In this document: positions 1 to 10,320 of the stretch, piece by piece
How the letters are laid out: the number at the start of each line of letters is the position of its first letter
How positions within the stretch are numbered: position 1 is the first letter of the stretch
From: an uncultured virus (IMG/VR IMGVR_UViG_3300020045_006345)
Taxonomy: Duplodnaviria; Heunggongvirae; Uroviricota; Caudoviricetes
Length of the DNA: 64,000 bases
Direction: 5' to 3' (one strand)
Virus record (IMG/VR): IMGVR_UViG_3300020045_006345
The notes under the pieces: model-generated
Database searches by the model: none
Seen by the model: the letters and a program-made list of their open reading frames with translations, nothing else
Told to the model about the DNA's origin: nothing
Translations under genes and position numbers: made by a program

Positions 1-259
1 AGAGCTTGCAGCGGAGACAGCTGCTGTACCGGAAGCAGAACCTGTATTCGGTACTAGCGATAGGGTTGTGTTCTGTGCAGTCCCGTTAGCAGAACCTGAG
101 CCTGTAGCCTGTCCTGCAACAGGAGTCAACGTAACACTAGAGCTTGCAGCGGAGACAGCTGCTGTACCGGAAGCAGAACCTGTATTCGGTACTAGCGATA
201 GGGTTGTGTTCTGTGCAGTCCCGTTAGCAGAACCTGAGCCTGTAGCCTGTCCTGCAACA
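1..259. repeat. 138-bp (46-codon) tandem repeat inside the tail protein
   Basis: Bases 1-121 recur identically at 139-259. Confidence 0.95.
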
Positions 260-1170
260 AGGGTCACGCCGCCGACAAAAGTCGTCGTTACCGCATCCCC
301 TGCTGCAGAGGCACTAGGGGCTGTCAGCGTTGTGCTAGGTAGGGTGGTGTTCGCGGTTACGCCACCCCCACCTGCTACTAAATCAAAATATACTCTACGT
401 TTTTCAGGAGCAAAAAGTTGCCATGGGTTAGCTGATATACTACGTAATAGGGAATCCGGCACTAGGTTATTAAAAACAGCACTTAAATTGACTTTTGTTC
501 CCGCTGGTTGTGGGTGGGAGTCGTCACCCCTATGGTTTATGTATACGTCATTGGTGCTAAACGTTCCTCCCGCCGAGGCTGTATTTAACCCTGAGGTTAA
601 CGTCTGTTTAACCCCGTCAACGTAAACAGATACTACCTGACTCGCACCAGTTTTAGTCAGGTCTATCGTAAACGTTATAGTGTGATCTCTATTGGCAGAT
701 GGCACTGGAAAAGACACAATGCCATATGTGCCTAAGGAACCTCCATATACAGCTACACTGTATTTTGTAGCCTCGTACGCACCCATCTCTGACACATACG
801 CTGCTAGAAAAAAACTACGTGTGCCAAAATTATTATTGCTGTTTGGGGTTGTCTCTAAGAATATCGGTTGAAATGAATCGCTTGGCGTTGGGGCGTTACA
901 ATTTATTACAACAGTAGCCAGCTGCCCTCGTAATACACAATTATACCCAGCCCTTCCCCCAGTATTGCCGCCGTTAGCTACCAACCCAATGCCGGTCGGT
1001 GTCACACCTTTTATGTTATTAAAAAGAAAAGGATTAGCACCTGTAACTACGTTTCTAGCATCATGAAACGAAGTTAACAGTTTTGGATTTAAGCTTTCAG
1101 CCAATGTTGAAGGCTTAGTTAACCCTTTTGGTTGTATTATCCTTTTGCTAGGGACAATGATATTAGCCAT
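1..1170 (-). CDS. Putative tail fibre/virion protein with LamG-like domain and Ala/Ser/Thr/Gly-rich repeats; runs off the left edge
   Basis: Hand translation from ATG at 1170 (MANIIVPSKRIIQPKG...VYVDGVKQT...SANPWQLF...) stays open as far as I read it. It is not in the ORF track because no stop lies within the window. Confidence 0.7.
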   Translation of the reverse strand, partial: MANIIVPSKRIIQPKGLTKPSTLAESLNPKLLTSFHDARNVVTGANPFLFNNIKGVTPTGIGLVANGGNTGGRAGYNCVLRGQLATVVINCNAPTPSDSFQPIFLETTPNSNNNFGTRSFFLAAYVSEMGAYEATKYSVAVYGGSLGTYGIVSFPVPSANRDHTITFTIDLTKTGASQVVSVYVDGVKQTLTSGLNTASAGGTFSTNDVYINHRGDDSHPQPAGTKVNLSAVFNNLVPDSLLRSISANPWQLFAPEKRRVYFDLVAGGGGVTANTTLPSTTLTAPSASAAGDAVTTTFVGGVTLVAGQATGSGSANGTAQNTTLSLVPNTGSASGTAAVSAASSSVTLTPVAGQATGSGSANGTAQNTTLSLVPNTGSASGTAAVSAASS

Positions 1171-1173
1171 TGT

Positions 1174-1626
1174 TTATACGGTAACTGCTGTATAGGTAGT
1201 GTAAAAAACATTACCTGCTGACAATGTCGCTCCTGCACTATTTTTGACAATTATTTTTAGATAGGGAGGAATAAAGCCAAGCGCCTGCATTACACTGAAA
1301 GCTTTTCTATGTTGGGTGCTACCTGTGTTATTAGTAGGAATGTAACCTATTACATGTAGATCAGGTTCATCAGTAGTAGTTGTTCCAGATTCAGGCCCCG
1401 TGCCGAAGTTAGTATTGTCAAAACTCGCTTTGGCAAAAACGGTAACAAAGTTATTGGCAGCACCAACAGCGGTTACTTCTGCTTCAACTACTAATTCAAC
1501 CGGGTCTACTGCGCTCACGTCGATGGTTCCAGCCACAACATAACTGGTATTGGTTAAGCTCGCTAAAGCCGTGCTTGCTCCTGTCAGCGTAGTGCGTGTG
1601 CCTGCATTTAAAGTAGTTGTACTCAT
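1174..1626 (-). CDS. Putative virion structural protein (beta-rich)
   Basis: 150-aa ORF, T/A/G/V rich, in the structural operon. Confidence 0.6.
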   Translation of the reverse strand: MSTTTLNAGTRTTLTGASTALASLTNTSYVVAGTIDVSAVDPVELVVEAEVTAVGAANNFVTVFAKASFDNTNFGTGPESGTTTTDEPDLHVIGYIPTNNTGSTQHRKAFSVMQALGFIPPYLKIIVKNSAGATLSAGNVFYTTYTAVTV

Positions 1627-2060
1627 ACCCCACCCCGCAATGCTTCTGCTACTGTTTCGTAATTAACAGTTAACCCCAATTGTTCGGCCAGGCTGATTTT
1701 GACATTAGCCAAACTTAGGATGATTGCTTTATCCTGTTCAGTAAAATCCGGCACGAGAGCATCAGCTACCAGTCCAGAAAGAACACTGTCAAGTTTTGCA
1801 AGTATCACCGGATTACTGCAATCAAAAAATTCAAAATCTTCAAGCGCAAGTGTAGTGCGTTTGCAGGCTTCTGAGGAGCCTTCTTTAATAGCCAGTCTCA
1901 GGTCTTCTAACGAAAGATAGCGCCTAATGTCATGTGATTGTATAACACCTTTAGCATCTACCTTTTTAGCGTTAAAAAACTCAACGATAGCGGTATCGTT
2001 GCCGCTATCGACGTATTGTTGTAGCTCAGGTCGTGCCTGAATTTCGTCAAGTAAAGTCAT
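1623..2060 (-). CDS. Hypothetical phage protein
   Basis: 145-aa ORF with ATGA overlap to the next gene. Confidence 0.65.
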   Translation of the reverse strand: MTLLDEIQARPELQQYVDSGNDTAIVEFFNAKKVDAKGVIQSHDIRRYLSLEDLRLAIKEGSSEACKRTTLALEDFEFFDCSNPVILAKLDSVLSGLVADALVPDFTEQDKAIILSLANVKISLAEQLGLTVNYETVAEALRGGV

Positions 2061-2332
2061 AAATTTATTACCACCTCTCTATTGCCGCGTCTATACGTCA
2101 ACACATTTGCACCATGCTTACGCAATGCATCTAAAATGTCGTGATAGTCTTGCCTGGAAAACCCGTTTCCGCTTAACCCCTGCACTCTAGCAACACCGTT
2201 GTCTAATATCTCCGCCGTGCAGTAAGCCTTATATTTAGCTGTTTGTTCATGTAACGGCCTAGTCGTATCGACACCAGAATCATCGCTATAGATTCTGATC
2301 CCCAATACGATAGGCGTTACGAAAACAGTCAC
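2057..2332 (-). CDS. Hypothetical phage protein
   Basis: 91-aa ORF coupled to the downstream gene. Confidence 0.55.
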   Translation of the reverse strand: MTVFVTPIVLGIRIYSDDSGVDTTRPLHEQTAKYKAYCTAEILDNGVARVQGLSGNGFSRQDYHDILDALRKHGANVLTYRRGNREVVINL

Positions 2333-2466
2333 GTTAGGTATCGATCTGCACAGTTAATGCCCAGGCCGCAAAGCTTGGCGTACTGCCATATGTAATTGTT
2401 CGGTTTGATGTCATTGCGTTATTGTGGCTCAGGTATTGCATAAATTTCCTCAAGTAAAGACATATC

Positions 2467-2892
2467 CTACGCCTGAATCGTTAAGGGGGTAGTGTATGTT
2501 ACGCTAAAATTCCCAGAAGTAGAGGATACGGTGCCAAGGAAATCAACGAAACATATGAGTTTGTCTGTTGCTGCGGTACCTGTACTCTTATATATTATCG
2601 CCCCTACGGCAGAGATTGTGCCATTCCACGCATTCGTTAGGTTTGTCAAGGTAACAGTTTGCTTGTTGTTGGTGGTGTCTAAGGCATCAAGTGTGTATGC
2701 CTGCGCGACCCCTCCAGAAGTATATCCGGTGCCAGTAGTCTCATTTGTTACATCAGATCTATTCACCCATGCGTCTATGTTAGCTGCGGAAGGTACTGAC
2801 GTAACCAGCAAGCATTTTAATGTGTCCGTGCTAAAATTATGCCCTGCAGTTGCGATATTACGAGCAAAATTTGAAAAGTTTGTAGAGGCCAT
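2467..2892 (-). CDS. Putative tail/virion structural protein
   Basis: Motifs GTGYTSGG and GAIIYKSTGTAATDKLICFVDF resemble a common phage virion protein family. Confidence 0.7.
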   Translation of the reverse strand: MASTNFSNFARNIATAGHNFSTDTLKCLLVTSVPSAANIDAWVNRSDVTNETTGTGYTSGGVAQAYTLDALDTTNNKQTVTLTNLTNAWNGTISAVGAIIYKSTGTAATDKLICFVDFLGTVSSTSGNFSVTYTTPLTIQA

Positions 2893-2955
2893 TTTATATC
2901 CTACCTTTGCGTAAGTAAGTTAGTGTTAATTTAGAGTATTCAGTTTTTAGGTATC

Positions 2956-3651
2956 CTACCCTACGATCATTTCTAACGGAACATCGGTCTGGCGCTCCCG
3001 CATTACACTGGCAGGTAGCCTCGGGCCGAATTTCTCTTCGAACATCGCGAAGTCATGATCCGATTTTTTAGGGTCAAAAGTATCCGCATCTCTTTTTAAA
3101 TACGCCATAGCCGTGATACCGTACAACAAATCTGGATGCCATATTTCATCCATCTCAGGGACATCCGAGTCATCCTCTAGCAGTATGGGTAACCGGACGA
3201 CATCTAACAGGGCTGTGTCTGCTTTAACAGGATTGCCAACGAAAGTTATTGCGCGTACATAAACCCCTTCGTCATCGCCTTTACCTGCTTGCGTTAGGTC
3301 AAGGGTATAGGCATACGGCGTACCGGTAGTATTCGGTCTTCCACCATAATACGCTTCTTGTCGCCGGGTGCTGGTATTGTAGAGGGTATAGTTCGGTTGG
3401 GAGGCCAAGCGCACCGATTTCACAGCTAGATTACTGCTAGGCAACGCATATTTAGCGTTCCAGGTAAGATCTGCTTTTTGGGTGAAGGGGATCGAAATGT
3501 CGTCTTGGACTGTGAGCGAAGCTCTTACGGCTGCGTCACGGACAGTATCATTGATAATGTCCAATAATTCTTGATCTGACCACAGATAAGGGAGAATTGC
3601 GTCGTCCAGTCTTGATCGCGCCCTGCGGCGTAGGTCAGCGAGTGTTAACAC
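2956..3651 (-). CDS. Putative head-tail adaptor
   Basis: LRRRARSRLDD...YLWSDQEL N-terminus and PEMDEIWHPDLLYG...AYLKRDADTFDP, downstream of the capsid gene. Confidence 0.65.
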   Translation of the reverse strand: MLTLADLRRRARSRLDDAILPYLWSDQELLDIINDTVRDAAVRASLTVQDDISIPFTQKADLTWNAKYALPSSNLAVKSVRLASQPNYTLYNTSTRRQEAYYGGRPNTTGTPYAYTLDLTQAGKGDDEGVYVRAITFVGNPVKADTALLDVVRLPILLEDDSDVPEMDEIWHPDLLYGITAMAYLKRDADTFDPKKSDHDFAMFEEKFGPRLPASVMRERQTDVPLEMIVG

Positions 3652-3687
3652 AATATTTTTCTCCGTTATCTGTTAGATTAGCCCTCT

Positions 3688-3978
3688 TTAAACAAGAGAG
3701 TTTTCCTCGTCCGTAACGGTATCCGCTACTTCTGGGGTTGTGGCGGTTAAAGCATTGGTCGCTTCAACTGCGGCTTGTACGGCTGATTTAGCTTTTGGTT
3801 TAGCCGCTGCTTTTGCTTTCGGTTCAGTAGTTACTTCCTCGTCAGCTTCTTCAATAGGAGTGCCATCAATATTCACTTCTTCGAAGTTTACACCATACAC
3901 TTTGCTATCCTGGTCGTACATTACGCCAGGAAGACCATGTACCGTGCCATAGGGTTTTGATTTATCTAGTTGAGCCAT
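3688..3978 (-). CDS. Hypothetical protein
   Basis: 96-aa ORF with CTGGA RBS; ends EENSLV. Confidence 0.6.
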   Translation of the reverse strand: MAQLDKSKPYGTVHGLPGVMYDQDSKVYGVNFEEVNIDGTPIEEADEEVTTEPKAKAAAKPKAKSAVQAAVEATNALTATTPEVADTVTDEENSLV

Positions 3979-3984
3979 TTCCAG

Positions 3985-4206
3985 TTACCTCGAATGCTTT
4001 GATGGTACTTTTGCCATAAAAGGCGCTTCTTCATGCTCGAAACGTTGTCCGTTGCCGTAAGAAGGGCCGTATGAAGTATCATACCACATTGATGGCGCTG
4101 AAGCATCACCTAGTCTCAGAACCCCTGTCTCCAGCGGGTTTTCCGCTGGAGGGGCTGACATCGTATCCACTACTGCATTAGGTATGCTGTAAGGGGATAA
4201 CGGCAT
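3985..4206 (-). CDS. Hypothetical protein
   Basis: 73-aa ORF in the operon. Confidence 0.55.
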   Translation of the reverse strand: MPLSPYSIPNAVVDTMSAPPAENPLETGVLRLGDASAPSMWYDTSYGPSYGNGQRFEHEEAPFMAKVPSKHSR

Positions 4207-4211
4207 GTTCG

Positions 4212-4439
4212 CTACTTCCGAAAAGTAAAGTTTTTGCCGTTTTCAGAACCGGCGGGGCTTTCTTCCAAGTTTTGACGAAACACGGTACCGTGAGACATCT
4301 GTTCTGGCTGTACCGTACCGCGAGTTAGTGCTTCGTGAGTACCTAGGCCACTTTCAACACCTGCAGTTAAACCAGAACCTGGAAAACTGCGCGTGTCGTG
4401 GACGCTGTTATAAGCATCTGGGTTAAAATCTTGAGCCAT
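4212..4439 (-). CDS. Hypothetical protein
   Basis: 75-aa ORF with AGGAG RBS. Confidence 0.6.
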   Translation of the reverse strand: MAQDFNPDAYNSVHDTRSFPGSGLTAGVESGLGTHEALTRGTVQPEQMSHGTVFRQNLEESPAGSENGKNFTFRK

Positions 4440-4469
4440 TTCGTTCTCCTAATGGGGTTGTGGGTTAGC

Positions 4470-4916
4470 TTAGAACCAAGCCAAAGTTACATCAACCACA
4501 GCAGCACCTGCTGGAGTACCAACAGCCGCGTTGAAGGTTAACGTTACTGGGCCAAGAGCTACGATAGCCGGTTGCGCTACTGTAATGGCTGATGGGTTGG
4601 CTGTACCTGTTAAGTCGATAGTAGCAATCAGCGGATTGATACCTTGCTTAAAGTTCAAGCCAAGAGCAACACCTGCTTGCGCTGGGGCTGCTGTAGTACC
4701 GAAAGCTAAAGAACCAGCAACCGCTAAGTTAGATGGTACACCGACGGTAAAAGTAGCTGCAGCAGTTGTACCAACAAAGTTTGTTGTTACTGACGCGTTA
4801 ATACCTACAACGCGGCATTGGTTGCAACCTTTAGGGGGTGAAACCGTCCAGCTTGCGCCGGTACCACCCGCAACAGTGCGGCTTACGGTTTGGTAAATCG
4901 GATTTGAATACGCCAT
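4470..4916 (-). CDS. Putative capsid decoration/cement protein
   Basis: Ala/Gly/Thr/Val-rich ORF directly after the capsid gene; ATG at 4916 has a GAGGA RBS. Confidence 0.6.
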   Translation of the reverse strand: MAYSNPIYQTVSRTVAGGTGASWTVSPPKGCNQCRVVGINASVTTNFVGTTAAATFTVGVPSNLAVAGSLAFGTTAAPAQAGVALGLNFKQGINPLIATIDLTGTANPSAITVAQPAIVALGPVTLTFNAAVGTPAGAAVVDVTLAWF

Positions 4917-4995
4917 GTTTTGTGTCCTCTTTGAGAGATTTTGTAATTCGCCCAAGTCTTACCCTGGGCGAATATTCAGTAAGTTACTGATTTTG

Positions 4996-6036
4996 CTAAT
5001 TGTTGCTGTCCCACTTAACAATTCGAGCATCCGCGTAGTTAGGATGGCTTAAGCCAAAACCTTCCATCGCGTACCATGCTACACCGCGTCCACGACCGTA
5101 GTCGTCAGGGATCTTACCGCGAATCTCTTCGGGGATAGCGATACCTTCAGCAACAGTATCTGCACCGATAAAGAAACACCAGTCAGAGTTACCGTTAGTC
5201 CAAGGAGCTGCAACACCGTTTTGCGGGTCGAAGTTCGCGCCAGAAGCTGACAAAGTATTTAACGCACTTTGTGCACCACCTTGTGGGATATGGGTTTGTT
5301 CCAGGAAACGAACCCCACGATAACGACCGATCTCGCCGTTTTTGATCTGCGCTAAACCGGTTTCAGTGTAAGACTGAATCGGTTCTAAGTCAGATTTCAA
5401 CTGTACGTAGGTAGACGGTCTAGCAATCGCTAAATAGTCACCATTTTCGTAAGCTGGGATGCCACGCTCTTTCATTTGCGTAACAATTGGCTCGATATGG
5501 CCTTTACCTAACGCTACAGCGTTTAATACAGGAGGGATACCTGCGTTAGCTGAAGTGTTAAAGGTTACCGCAGTTGTGCTGTTACCACCTGTAGGGCCGC
5601 AACGTAAAGGTGTTTGGTTGAACTGGTTGAACGCAGCAATGTCGAAAGTTTCAGCAACGTCAATTTTTAACAGTTTGCTGATAATTTCACGAATTGGTTG
5701 TTCAGACAGATCGTCCAATTTGCCAGTGTAAGGAACCGCGTTACCAAACTCAGACATAGTGCCAGAGTATTGAGCAACTTTAAAGCCAGTTTCTGGCATT
5801 TTTTCAGTTTCGTCCAACTGGCGGCCTTTTTGGGCAACTTTGGTATAGACGTTCCAATACCATTTCTCGCCTCGGCCTTTACCCACTAAAGGTTTGCCAT
5901 CGGCATCATTTTCTTTAACGTCACATAGCTGACGCCATTTAACTACGGGTAAGTTTTGTAAACGCAGGTACTCCGATAAATTCGGTGCCCACATGTATCC
6001 GCCTTCATCGGCTACTGACCAGATTTGACCACTCAT
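4996..6036 (-). CDS. Major capsid protein (N4 gp56-like, HK97 fold)
   Basis: 346 aa following the scaffold; GEIGRYRGVRFLE and DDYGRGRGVAWY motifs. Confidence 0.88.
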   Translation of the reverse strand: MSGQIWSVADEGGYMWAPNLSEYLRLQNLPVVKWRQLCDVKENDADGKPLVGKGRGEKWYWNVYTKVAQKGRQLDETEKMPETGFKVAQYSGTMSEFGNAVPYTGKLDDLSEQPIREIISKLLKIDVAETFDIAAFNQFNQTPLRCGPTGGNSTTAVTFNTSANAGIPPVLNAVALGKGHIEPIVTQMKERGIPAYENGDYLAIARPSTYVQLKSDLEPIQSYTETGLAQIKNGEIGRYRGVRFLEQTHIPQGGAQSALNTLSASGANFDPQNGVAAPWTNGNSDWCFFIGADTVAEGIAIPEEIRGKIPDDYGRGRGVAWYAMEGFGLSHPNYADARIVKWDSNN

Positions 6037-6102
6037 GTTTTTTTACCTTCTAATGGGTTAGTTCCGTCTCTCGACGTGGTTTTAAGTTAAATAACTTAGT
6101 CG

Positions 6103-7158
6103 TTACGCCTGACCGCGTCTGGCCTTAATCGCTGCGATAGCATCGCTGCGATTAGGTACTTTTGGCGGCGGTGGTGGCTCATTTCTGGCGGACGCGCTAG
6201 GCATTGCCGGAATGTTACGCTTTTGTACCTTACGGGCTTTCATATCTGGTACTTCAGGAGCTTCAGGTTCCGCTACAGGAGCTTCAGGTTCCGCTACAGG
6301 AGCTTCAGGTTCCGCTACAGGAGCTTCAGGTTCCGCTACAGGAGCTTCAGGTTCCGCTACAGGAGCTTCAGTCGCTTCACTTGGGTACAAGTCCGCCACG
6401 GCTTGGCGTAAAGCTTCTGCTGCACTCATACCGTTGTTTCTGTAAACATCAGATACCGCTAACACTTTATCGGCTTCGATACCGTCTTGTGCTAGTTCTG
6501 GATGTACTGCAGCCAATTCTTCGGCTGTCGCTAAATAGTCACTTTCTTCGGCAGCAACTTGTGCTTCCGATTTTGCTCTGTGAGTATTTTCGTGGAATCG
6601 GTGTTCCTGAAGTTGCTTGTACAAAACTTTAGCCTGTTCCATATCTCCATACGCTAACGCTTCATGGTATTGGTCAACTAAAGCATCGTGCGCTTCACCT
6701 GGCGGTGGCGTATACTCGCCAACGGGTGTAGTCTTTGGAGCTACAGAAGAGGGGGGTGAAACCGGCACCTTTTGTTCCGCTTCTGGTTCCGCTTCTGGTT
6801 CCGCTTCGGTACCTTCGTCTTCCGTTGCCATTTCTTCTGCAGATTCGGTAACTTCTTCATTTTCGTGTTCCGCCGCTCCTACGATCCCGCCTTCCGCGTA
6901 CCCTTCGACATCGTTGGGTTTTTCTTCGGTTGCTGCTGGAATTTCAACTTGGACACCCACCGCTGGAGGCACTGTTTCTTGCGCGGCTACTTCAGCGGCT
7001 TCGTCTACTGGTTTCCCAGCATTTTTAGCGGAGCTTCGGCGTCCCGCACGTAACCTTGCAGCTACGTTTTTGTCTTTTGAGTAGTCGGGCATTGGGGCCT
7101 CAACTACCGGTTTTTTATCAGCCATTGTTTCTTCCTCTTTGGGAACGTAACGTCTCAC
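6103..7158 (-). CDS. Capsid scaffolding protein
   Basis: Acidic, Ala/Pro/Glu-rich ORF between portal and capsid, with a basic C-terminal helix (RSDAIAAIKARRGQA). Confidence 0.75.
   Translation of the reverse strand: MRRYVPKEEETMADKKPVVEAPMPDYSKDKNVAARLRAGRRSSAKNAGKPVDEAAEVAAQETVPPAVGVQVEIPAATEEKPNDVEGYAEGGIVGAAEHENEEVTESAEEMATEDEGTEAEPEAEPEAEQKVPVSPPSSVAPKTTPVGEYTPPPGEAHDALVDQYHEALAYGDMEQAKVLYKQLQEHRFHENTHRAKSEAQVAAEESDYLATAEELAAVHPELAQDGIEADKVLAVSDVYRNNGMSAAEALRQAVADLYPSEATEAPVAEPEAPVAEPEAPVAEPEAPVAEPEAPVAEPEAPEVPDMKARKVQKRNIPAMPSASARNEPPPPPKVPNRSDAIAAIKARRGQA
6255..6371. repeat. 21-bp tandem repeat, about 5.5 copies, encoding PVAEPEA
   Basis: CAGGAGCTTCAGGTTCCGCTA repeated. Confidence 0.95.
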
Positions 7159-7226
7159 GACGATGGTGGTTCAGGGCTATTGATACTACATAGTAATCGT
7201 AGTGTCAATAGGTTAGGGTCTTAATA

Positions 7227-7682
7227 CTAAATTAATTCGTGGTCTGCACTTATTCCAGCCAAATATTTCGGAGCTTCTTTTAAGTGCTGTTGAAGCTCTG
7301 GTAATGCTCTAAAACCTATCTTCCACTTAGCTGGAAGGATACCCGGTATTTTGTCGTAGCATACTCTTACGCCAAAATACCCTGGTCTCGATTTTCTACC
7401 GTTAGGGTCGGAAACCAATCCGGGTCGTTCTGGAAGTCTATCAACGTATATGTAGCCTATACCTGGTAAACGAATAGTCTCACCAGCTTCTACTTGGAGT
7501 TGTAACGCCGCCATTACGGTATCGTAGGCCAAACTTGCCTGTTTATGATCCATACTGCCTAGCTTTTTCATATCCTTTAATATCGTAGATTTAGGTACGC
7601 TGTCCTTAAACAGTAGCGCCGTGCTGCGCCCCTCAAAAATTTTCTCTTTTGGGTTTGTATATCGCTTACGCTTCTCCGTCAT
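7227..7682 (-). CDS. HU/IHF-like DNA-binding protein (divergent)
   Basis: GETIRLPGIG...RPG...IPAKWKIGFRALPELQQHLK pattern of the HU fold. Confidence 0.6.
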   Translation of the reverse strand: MTEKRKRYTNPKEKIFEGRSTALLFKDSVPKSTILKDMKKLGSMDHKQASLAYDTVMAALQLQVEAGETIRLPGIGYIYVDRLPERPGLVSDPNGRKSRPGYFGVRVCYDKIPGILPAKWKIGFRALPELQQHLKEAPKYLAGISADHELI

Positions 7683-7974
7683 ACACTTCTTCCTCCGCTA
7701 TTTTTATCTCAGCGTTCACCGCAGCGTCAATAGCTTGCTCTAACCACGCTAAAAACATTTCCGGTATTTTAGCTTGCCACTGAAGTCTTCTTACCTCCGC
7801 AGTATCGTTCGGATCTACATTCACAAGATCCTCTAAGGCGGCAACCCTGTCTTGGTGCGCCCGTTCTATCAGGTATATCCCCACCTTATCGTAGGTGGTG
7901 AAATGCATTACGTCTAAGCCTAACTGAACCTGTTTCATATCGGGGTCGTTAGGGTATTCTCCAGTTAGATCCAT
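7666..7974 (-). CDS. Conserved-type hypothetical protein downstream of the portal
   Basis: 102-aa helical ORF. Confidence 0.6.
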   Translation of the reverse strand: MDLTGEYPNDPDMKQVQLGLDVMHFTTYDKVGIYLIERAHQDRVAALEDLVNVDPNDTAEVRRLQWQAKIPEMFLAWLEQAIDAAVNAEIKIAEEEVYDGEA

Positions 7975-7983
7975 CGTTTTATC

Positions 7984-10311
7984 CTATGCTTGGCCTTGCT
8001 CAAGCCCTATCTTAGCCCCACGTTCCGGTGAATCTGGGCGTACAGGGAAGTTAGGGTGTGTGTTACGTTCCGCTGGTGGTATGTACGTTTGTGCCTGCGC
8101 AGGTTCTGGTACCGTCACCCCACCATTGTGATCCTTATACCCTGAAGATTTCAGGATTTCATCGCTGACAGGTGCAATACCTGGGTTTTGAACTACGACG
8201 CCTGCGGTATTTACCGCTTCGAAGACAGCGGTAACGTTTTCTGTCGCTGTTTTAGCGATTAGTAGATTGATTTGCGCTTCCATCTCTTTCAGTTTCGCAT
8301 GGCTTTGTTGCACTTCGAGTTCAAGTTTTTGCTGCGCCAACTGATTCTTAGCTTCTTCCACTTGCTGTTTCAACTGCAGTTCTTGCTGTTTTAGCTGTAG
8401 TACCGGGTCTTGTTGTTGAGCTTTAAGTTTAGCGGCTTTAGCGAAGTCAAAGAACCGAGATCCGTTATCAAACCCTGCAACGCCCATAACTTCTTTCGCC
8501 ACCTCTTCACCAATAATCGCTAAAGGGGCATCCGGTACCAGTTGCGTTATGGTGGCAATCGCGGTTTGTATCTTCTGCATACGTTGTGTAGGGCTAACCG
8601 CACCCATCCCAACGTTCACCGACACCGAAAATTTATGATCGAAGAAAGTTGGCAGAATTCGTTTGACCTTGGCTTTTTTAGCCGCCACGATCATTGCTGT
8701 CTCGTCCGTTTCGTACGCCGATACCAACTGTACCAGTTGACGTAAAACTGGTTCCATCCAGGTCTCCGTGAGCGTTCTAAGTTCCATCTCACGTACACGA
8801 TTGCCTGCCTCGGACATTAAATTCATGCCTGTTGCAGTCTCATGCAATCTGCGGTTTGAATTGACCGTTGATCCGGTAGTGGATCCTGTTAAATCATCCA
8901 TTGCCAACGACAGTCTATCTTCTTCTTGGAATGATGATCCGGTTACATCAGGAGTGTTAAGAGGTTCCACATGGTTGTTTAACGGTCCTGGAGCGGATAC
9001 ACCTATCAACCCACCTGGAACGTTTCGACTTAGCGCACGGACATCTACTTGGTTGCCCGCACGATATAGGTATCGCCTATTTAATACTTGTCGAACGTTA
9101 TCATAGCGTTGATTTTTTAGCTCGTTTATGGCGCGTTGCATACCACTCGCCATCTCGACGGGTGAACTGGGGTAAGGTCTGTCGGTTTCGATCTCGATCT
9201 TACCTAACACATAGTCGCGTTTACCATCAGCCCACGGAATAACATCCGAGAGTGGTACGGGGTCCGACAACAACACCGTTGTACCTGCCGTATAGAACAA
9301 CCAGTCTTTTCCACCGTGGCGCACAATGTTTCTGTGAATCCAAACAATGCGGAACTCATCTTCGACCTCCATCATATTGGCTTTAGGATCTAAGCGATTA
9401 GAGCCTGATCTTGCCCGACGGGTAGAGTCCAGGTTGTCTCGGTTACCTGCAGATAGCAACATAGCTTCACCAATGTTCTTCCAAGCAGGTTCTCCGGTAC
9501 GGGAGTTAGAGCCTTCTTCAATTCGGGTTAAAATGTCACCTACATACATCGGCATAAGCTCAATGATGTAAGGCGACGAGTTGGCAGGGTCTAACCAATC
9601 GGCGGCAGGTGATATGCGAATGTTTTCAACTGGTACAACACGGACGACGGGTTTATCTACCAGGATCTTGGTTTCATAATACTCAACCGAGCTCCCCGTG
9701 TCGTCAAGTTCACGCCCGAGAACAATGTCTTCTTCACGGTACTCCCAAGTTTGGTGAGAGGCCACGACACCTAATACCGCTACCTCACTGATAGCACCTA
9801 ATACCAACTGGTACCAAGGAATCGTAGTTGATAGGCGATAATTCAAAATTTCTTTAATGAACGCTGCGGCTTCAACCTGCTCCTTATTATCTTGATCTTC
9901 TCCCTCGATGACGACGACGTCTTGACTGGCAAAGTATGCGGCTGCGGCTGCGGCCTGAATGTCTCGTACCAGTGTGCGAGTTTTAGGCCAAAAGTGTTTA
10001 GAGCGGTGTCTATTAGCTTCCGCCAAAATAGGTGAGTCCGGGGCATGCTCCGATCTGTAGTGCGCTAAAGATCTAGCCCAGGTAGCACGTTGGTTAACCT
10101 GTAACCACGATTCGCTAGAATTGTAAGCGTTCCTAGCCATTGAAACCCAGTCAGTATCACGTTGCCTTTTCTCAACGGGTGTAGATGGTAGGTTATTACC
10201 TTGACCTACACCATCTACAGAGTTTTTTATGGGTGCAGTGATATACTGGGAAGGTTTGTAGTCGATACCTTCTAAGCTTGGCTGTGGGTCGGCAGGTGCA
10301 ATTAGTGCCAT
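7984..10311 (-). CDS. Portal protein (podovirus type)
   Basis: 775 aa; NELKNQRYDNVRQVLN and ETATGMNLM motifs, C-terminal coiled coil; upstream of scaffold and capsid. Confidence 0.88.
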   Translation of the reverse strand: MALIAPADPQPSLEGIDYKPSQYITAPIKNSVDGVGQGNNLPSTPVEKRQRDTDWVSMARNAYNSSESWLQVNQRATWARSLAHYRSEHAPDSPILAEANRHRSKHFWPKTRTLVRDIQAAAAAAYFASQDVVVIEGEDQDNKEQVEAAAFIKEILNYRLSTTIPWYQLVLGAISEVAVLGVVASHQTWEYREEDIVLGRELDDTGSSVEYYETKILVDKPVVRVVPVENIRISPAADWLDPANSSPYIIELMPMYVGDILTRIEEGSNSRTGEPAWKNIGEAMLLSAGNRDNLDSTRRARSGSNRLDPKANMMEVEDEFRIVWIHRNIVRHGGKDWLFYTAGTTVLLSDPVPLSDVIPWADGKRDYVLGKIEIETDRPYPSSPVEMASGMQRAINELKNQRYDNVRQVLNRRYLYRAGNQVDVRALSRNVPGGLIGVSAPGPLNNHVEPLNTPDVTGSSFQEEDRLSLAMDDLTGSTTGSTVNSNRRLHETATGMNLMSEAGNRVREMELRTLTETWMEPVLRQLVQLVSAYETDETAMIVAAKKAKVKRILPTFFDHKFSVSVNVGMGAVSPTQRMQKIQTAIATITQLVPDAPLAIIGEEVAKEVMGVAGFDNGSRFFDFAKAAKLKAQQQDPVLQLKQQELQLKQQVEEAKNQLAQQKLELEVQQSHAKLKEMEAQINLLIAKTATENVTAVFEAVNTAGVVVQNPGIAPVSDEILKSSGYKDHNGGVTVPEPAQAQTYIPPAERNTHPNFPVRPDSPERGAKIGLEQGQA

Positions 10312-10320
10312 GTTAGTACC

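Noticed and set aside
68..625. Plus-strand 185-aa ORF and similar antisense ORFs (e.g. 2492-2914, 6204-6632, 6617-7084)
   Set aside because: Shadow frames of minus-strand structural genes and repeats.
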